A model generated the notes under the pieces. It saw nothing but the letters and a program-made list of their open reading frames with translations. It did not search any database and had not been told where the DNA came from. This document shows positions 61,144 through 64,000 of a DNA stretch of 64,000 nt, in pieces (position 1 is the first letter of the stretch; the number at the start of each line of letters is the position of its first letter). Made by a program: the position numbers and the translations under genes. The stretch comes from Schmidtea nova (taxonomy: Eukaryota). The DNA is taken from assembly GCA_044892505.1 (NCBI GenBank), contig CM097882.1, forward strand, positions 543,492,001-543,556,000, written 5' to 3'.

Positions 61144-64000
61144 GTGGACTTAGATAAAACTCCCGAAAAAGCAAACTTATCAAACAATCAAAGCAATATC
61201 GATATTGATGATGTCATCTTATCCGACACTAATATCGATTACTCACCAATCAATTCAAATAAAAAAGAGGATATAGTAGACTCACAATTTTCACTATTTG
61301 ATGAAGAATCACAAAACATTTCCGATGATGAGTCGATAAACAACGAAACAACAGAAGAAATAGTATCTAGTATAGATTCTTATAACACAGAAAATGAACT
61401 AGAGACACAAGAGCCTGATAAAGATGATTCAATGATCACTGCTCCAAACATCAGTTCACTTGATAATACACTGGTTGACTATCAAGAAAACTGCTTAGAA
61501 ACTAATAATAACACCTGTGTTATTTCTGGTGAACAAATTACTAATAACGAAGAAACACCAACAACCGCAAATATTAAACATTATAATGAAAACCTTGTGC
61601 CCAGATTTGATGTGAAAGATAAAAAGACAGAAATGACCATGGAAAAATTTATTACAACCCCAGCCAAGAAAGCAATCAAGAACACTTTCTACTATAAATT
61701 AACAAACAAAGGAAAACTGGAATGTAATAATTCAGAAAAAAAGAACATATGTCCAGATACAAAGATATCAATCTACCAAAGACGAATATACCAAAGACAC
61801 AATACTGAGATAACCGATGACTCTTTGATTAGCTGTCCATATCAGGCATGCAACAAAAAGATCAAATTACTAGAGCTTATTAATCACTGTCTGGAAAAGA
61901 AACATAAAGTCGATTGTAACAATGAGGATAAACCAAATATCACTCTCCGAATTTCAGAAGCTTACAAGCTATACTGTTACAAACTATTCAATAAAAATAA
62001 AGGAAATAATTGTCTTGTTCAATTCCCATATGATACTGATCTACAAAGCATAGAACAACACGTCAAACATAAACATGACAAAACTCTAGACATATCACAA
62101 GGAATACTATGCTTTTGTGGAAGTTTCCTAGACTTCGACCAAATAATTGATCATGTGACAACAATCCATGAACAAGAACCAGAAATGAATAATACGACTG
62201 CCAGAGACATATCAACCTCAGTTGTATTCCTGAAAAATTCGGCAAATGAATCAGCATGATGGTCGCAGCACTCGATTAAGGCATATCTACATCAATTTGC
62301 ACTAAGAAAAAGTACTATTCTTGTAGATCCATTTATATCAAATGCATTAATTCAATGCAACTACATAGCATTTTTTGAAAACTTTCCATTTCATCTTTTC
62401 AGAGAATGGAATGAGATAATAATGCCTATGTCTAAAGGAAAAGATAATTGGTTCATTTTTTATCTAGATAAGAAACGTAGATTTGCAACTCTGATAGATC
62501 CTATGTCGAATGGAATTAATCAAGAAAATCACAACCTTGCCATTGACATAACCAAAACTATCTGCAATCTACAAGATATTATGGCCCATTTAAAGATAAG
62601 CATTATTGACATCAAATATCCAATTTGTCAAGAACCCTCAGAAAGCGCAATCCATTGCTGCCATATTGTACAATGCCTTAATCGATGTGCTGCTATTACC
62701 ATACCGAACATCAAAGAAATGAAAAACGAGATGAAGAAATTAATTGAATCAATCAACAATTCAAGGACACAAGATACTGATGCCAAAAAATACTTCCCAT
62801 TTATCAACAGTCTAATATCGCAAATGGATGGAGATACGATAGATGGAGACTACGTCTTAAATGAAATTGAAAGGATTAACATCTGCATTAATCCACGAAG
62901 ATATAGTGAAAAGAAAACAGCCGATATTATTCACCAAAGAAAGAAATCTAACTTTGAACTTCAATGTATTACAAGGCATAAGTTCAAAATCAACTCGAAA
63001 GTTGAACTAGACAAAATATTCAACCTAAAAGAATCAGGACACCAACCACCAGTTGATAACTTCCTAATAGCATTTGCAAGCACAACTCCACCAACCAAAT
63101 TAGAAGAATCTTTCTTCTCATTGCCAAGTCATGAAGCAAATATTAGCTTTCCTGAACCAGACCTTGAGGAAATAAAAGCAACAATTCAAAGTCTAGACAA
63201 TACCGCTCCAGGAATCGATAAGATTACCTTAGCAAACTGGAAGAAAATATGGATGTGCTGAACATAACCTAACAATTCATTTAGCGAAAGAAAGAGCAAT
63301 GCGATTAAATGAAGAACTTCATATTGTATGGTTAGATATCACGGATGCATTTGGCTTGCTCCCTCACGAATTGATCTGGTTAACTCTGAAAAAAATGGGA
63401 CTAGACAATAATACCACACAACTTATTAAAGATATGTACTCGAATATACAGACTTACTTTGAATGCGAAGGTGATAAATCAAATTTTGTACCTATCATTA
63501 AAGGAGTCAAACAAGGATGCCCGTTGTCTATGACTTTATTCTGCCTCTCAATAGATTACATCCTGAAAACAATTCTAGAAGAATATCCATATCAACTACA
63601 TCATTATAATATAAGCATACTAGCTTATGCTGACGATATTGTCCTCCTAACTGACTCATTCGACAAAATCAAGAAGATGTTAGACAGAACAGCTAACTTG
63701 GCAGCCAAAAGCAATTTAAAATTCAAACCAAGTAAAAGTGGAAACTTCAGCACTCGTCAACACATCAAAGTCCTGAAAATAGATAAAGTTGTGATACCCA
63801 CTATTGACGATGATAACACTTATAGATACCTTGGGGTTGACTTCACAGTCCAGAAGAAACAAAGTATTGATCAGCACCTCGAGAGAGCGCTCAAGGATAC
63901 CGAGCTACTATTTAAATCTGACCTTCATCCATCACAGAAAATTAATGCGTATAAAATATTTATACATTCTAGATTCATCTTCTTACTAAGAAATTACAAA
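61144..64000 (+). mobile_element. NeSL/R2-type non-LTR retrotransposon (zinc fingers, Ulp1-like protease, RT), disrupted, runs off the window
   Basis: Three Cys/His clusters at 61830-62170; IMP..DNWF..IDP..Q..C protease-like block; APGIDKI, WLDITDAFG, KGVKQGCPLS, LAYADDIVLL. Confidence 0.85.

Noticed and set aside
1-64000. tRNA, rRNA or snRNA genes
   Set aside because: None recognised by eye; only 11-nt tRNA-complementary PBS motifs. A tRNAscan-SE/Infernal run would be needed to exclude them.

Overview
AT-rich eukaryotic genomic DNA with eight N-gaps. An invertebrate source is likely; a planarian flatworm is my best guess, inferred from base composition, a 59-bp intron and the TE repertoire. 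The main host gene is a minus-strand SIK3-like (salt-inducible, AMPK-related) kinase. I could splice five of its exons by hand in consistent phase (40734-39069, 35357-35210, 31950-31581, 27423-27302, 27242 to the gap at 26967). It probably ends in an exon at 6065-5688, and its start exon is not identified. A second orphan exon lies at 58552-58276. Most of the remaining recognisable sequence is transposon-derived: a full-length but disrupted 4.47-kb Ty3/Gypsy with ~115-bp AGT..ACT LTRs, a 988-bp mini-LTR element, other Gypsy remnants (one CsRn1-like), a terminally intact deleted Helitron, mariner, pogo/Tigger and hAT remnants, several MITEs, two Penelope-like GIY-YIG remnants, and a NeSL/R2-type non-LTR element abutting a truncated Gypsy RT. 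The most interesting signal is a dispersed, usually palindromic ~150-300-bp repeat (8 loci) carrying a minimal hammerhead-ribozyme-like motif with a U3-A8 core swap and a loop-less self-complementary stem III, which could only fold as a dimer. A second, canonical-core hammerhead family is present as two inverted half-copies. All calls are from reading and hand translation; no database search was run.
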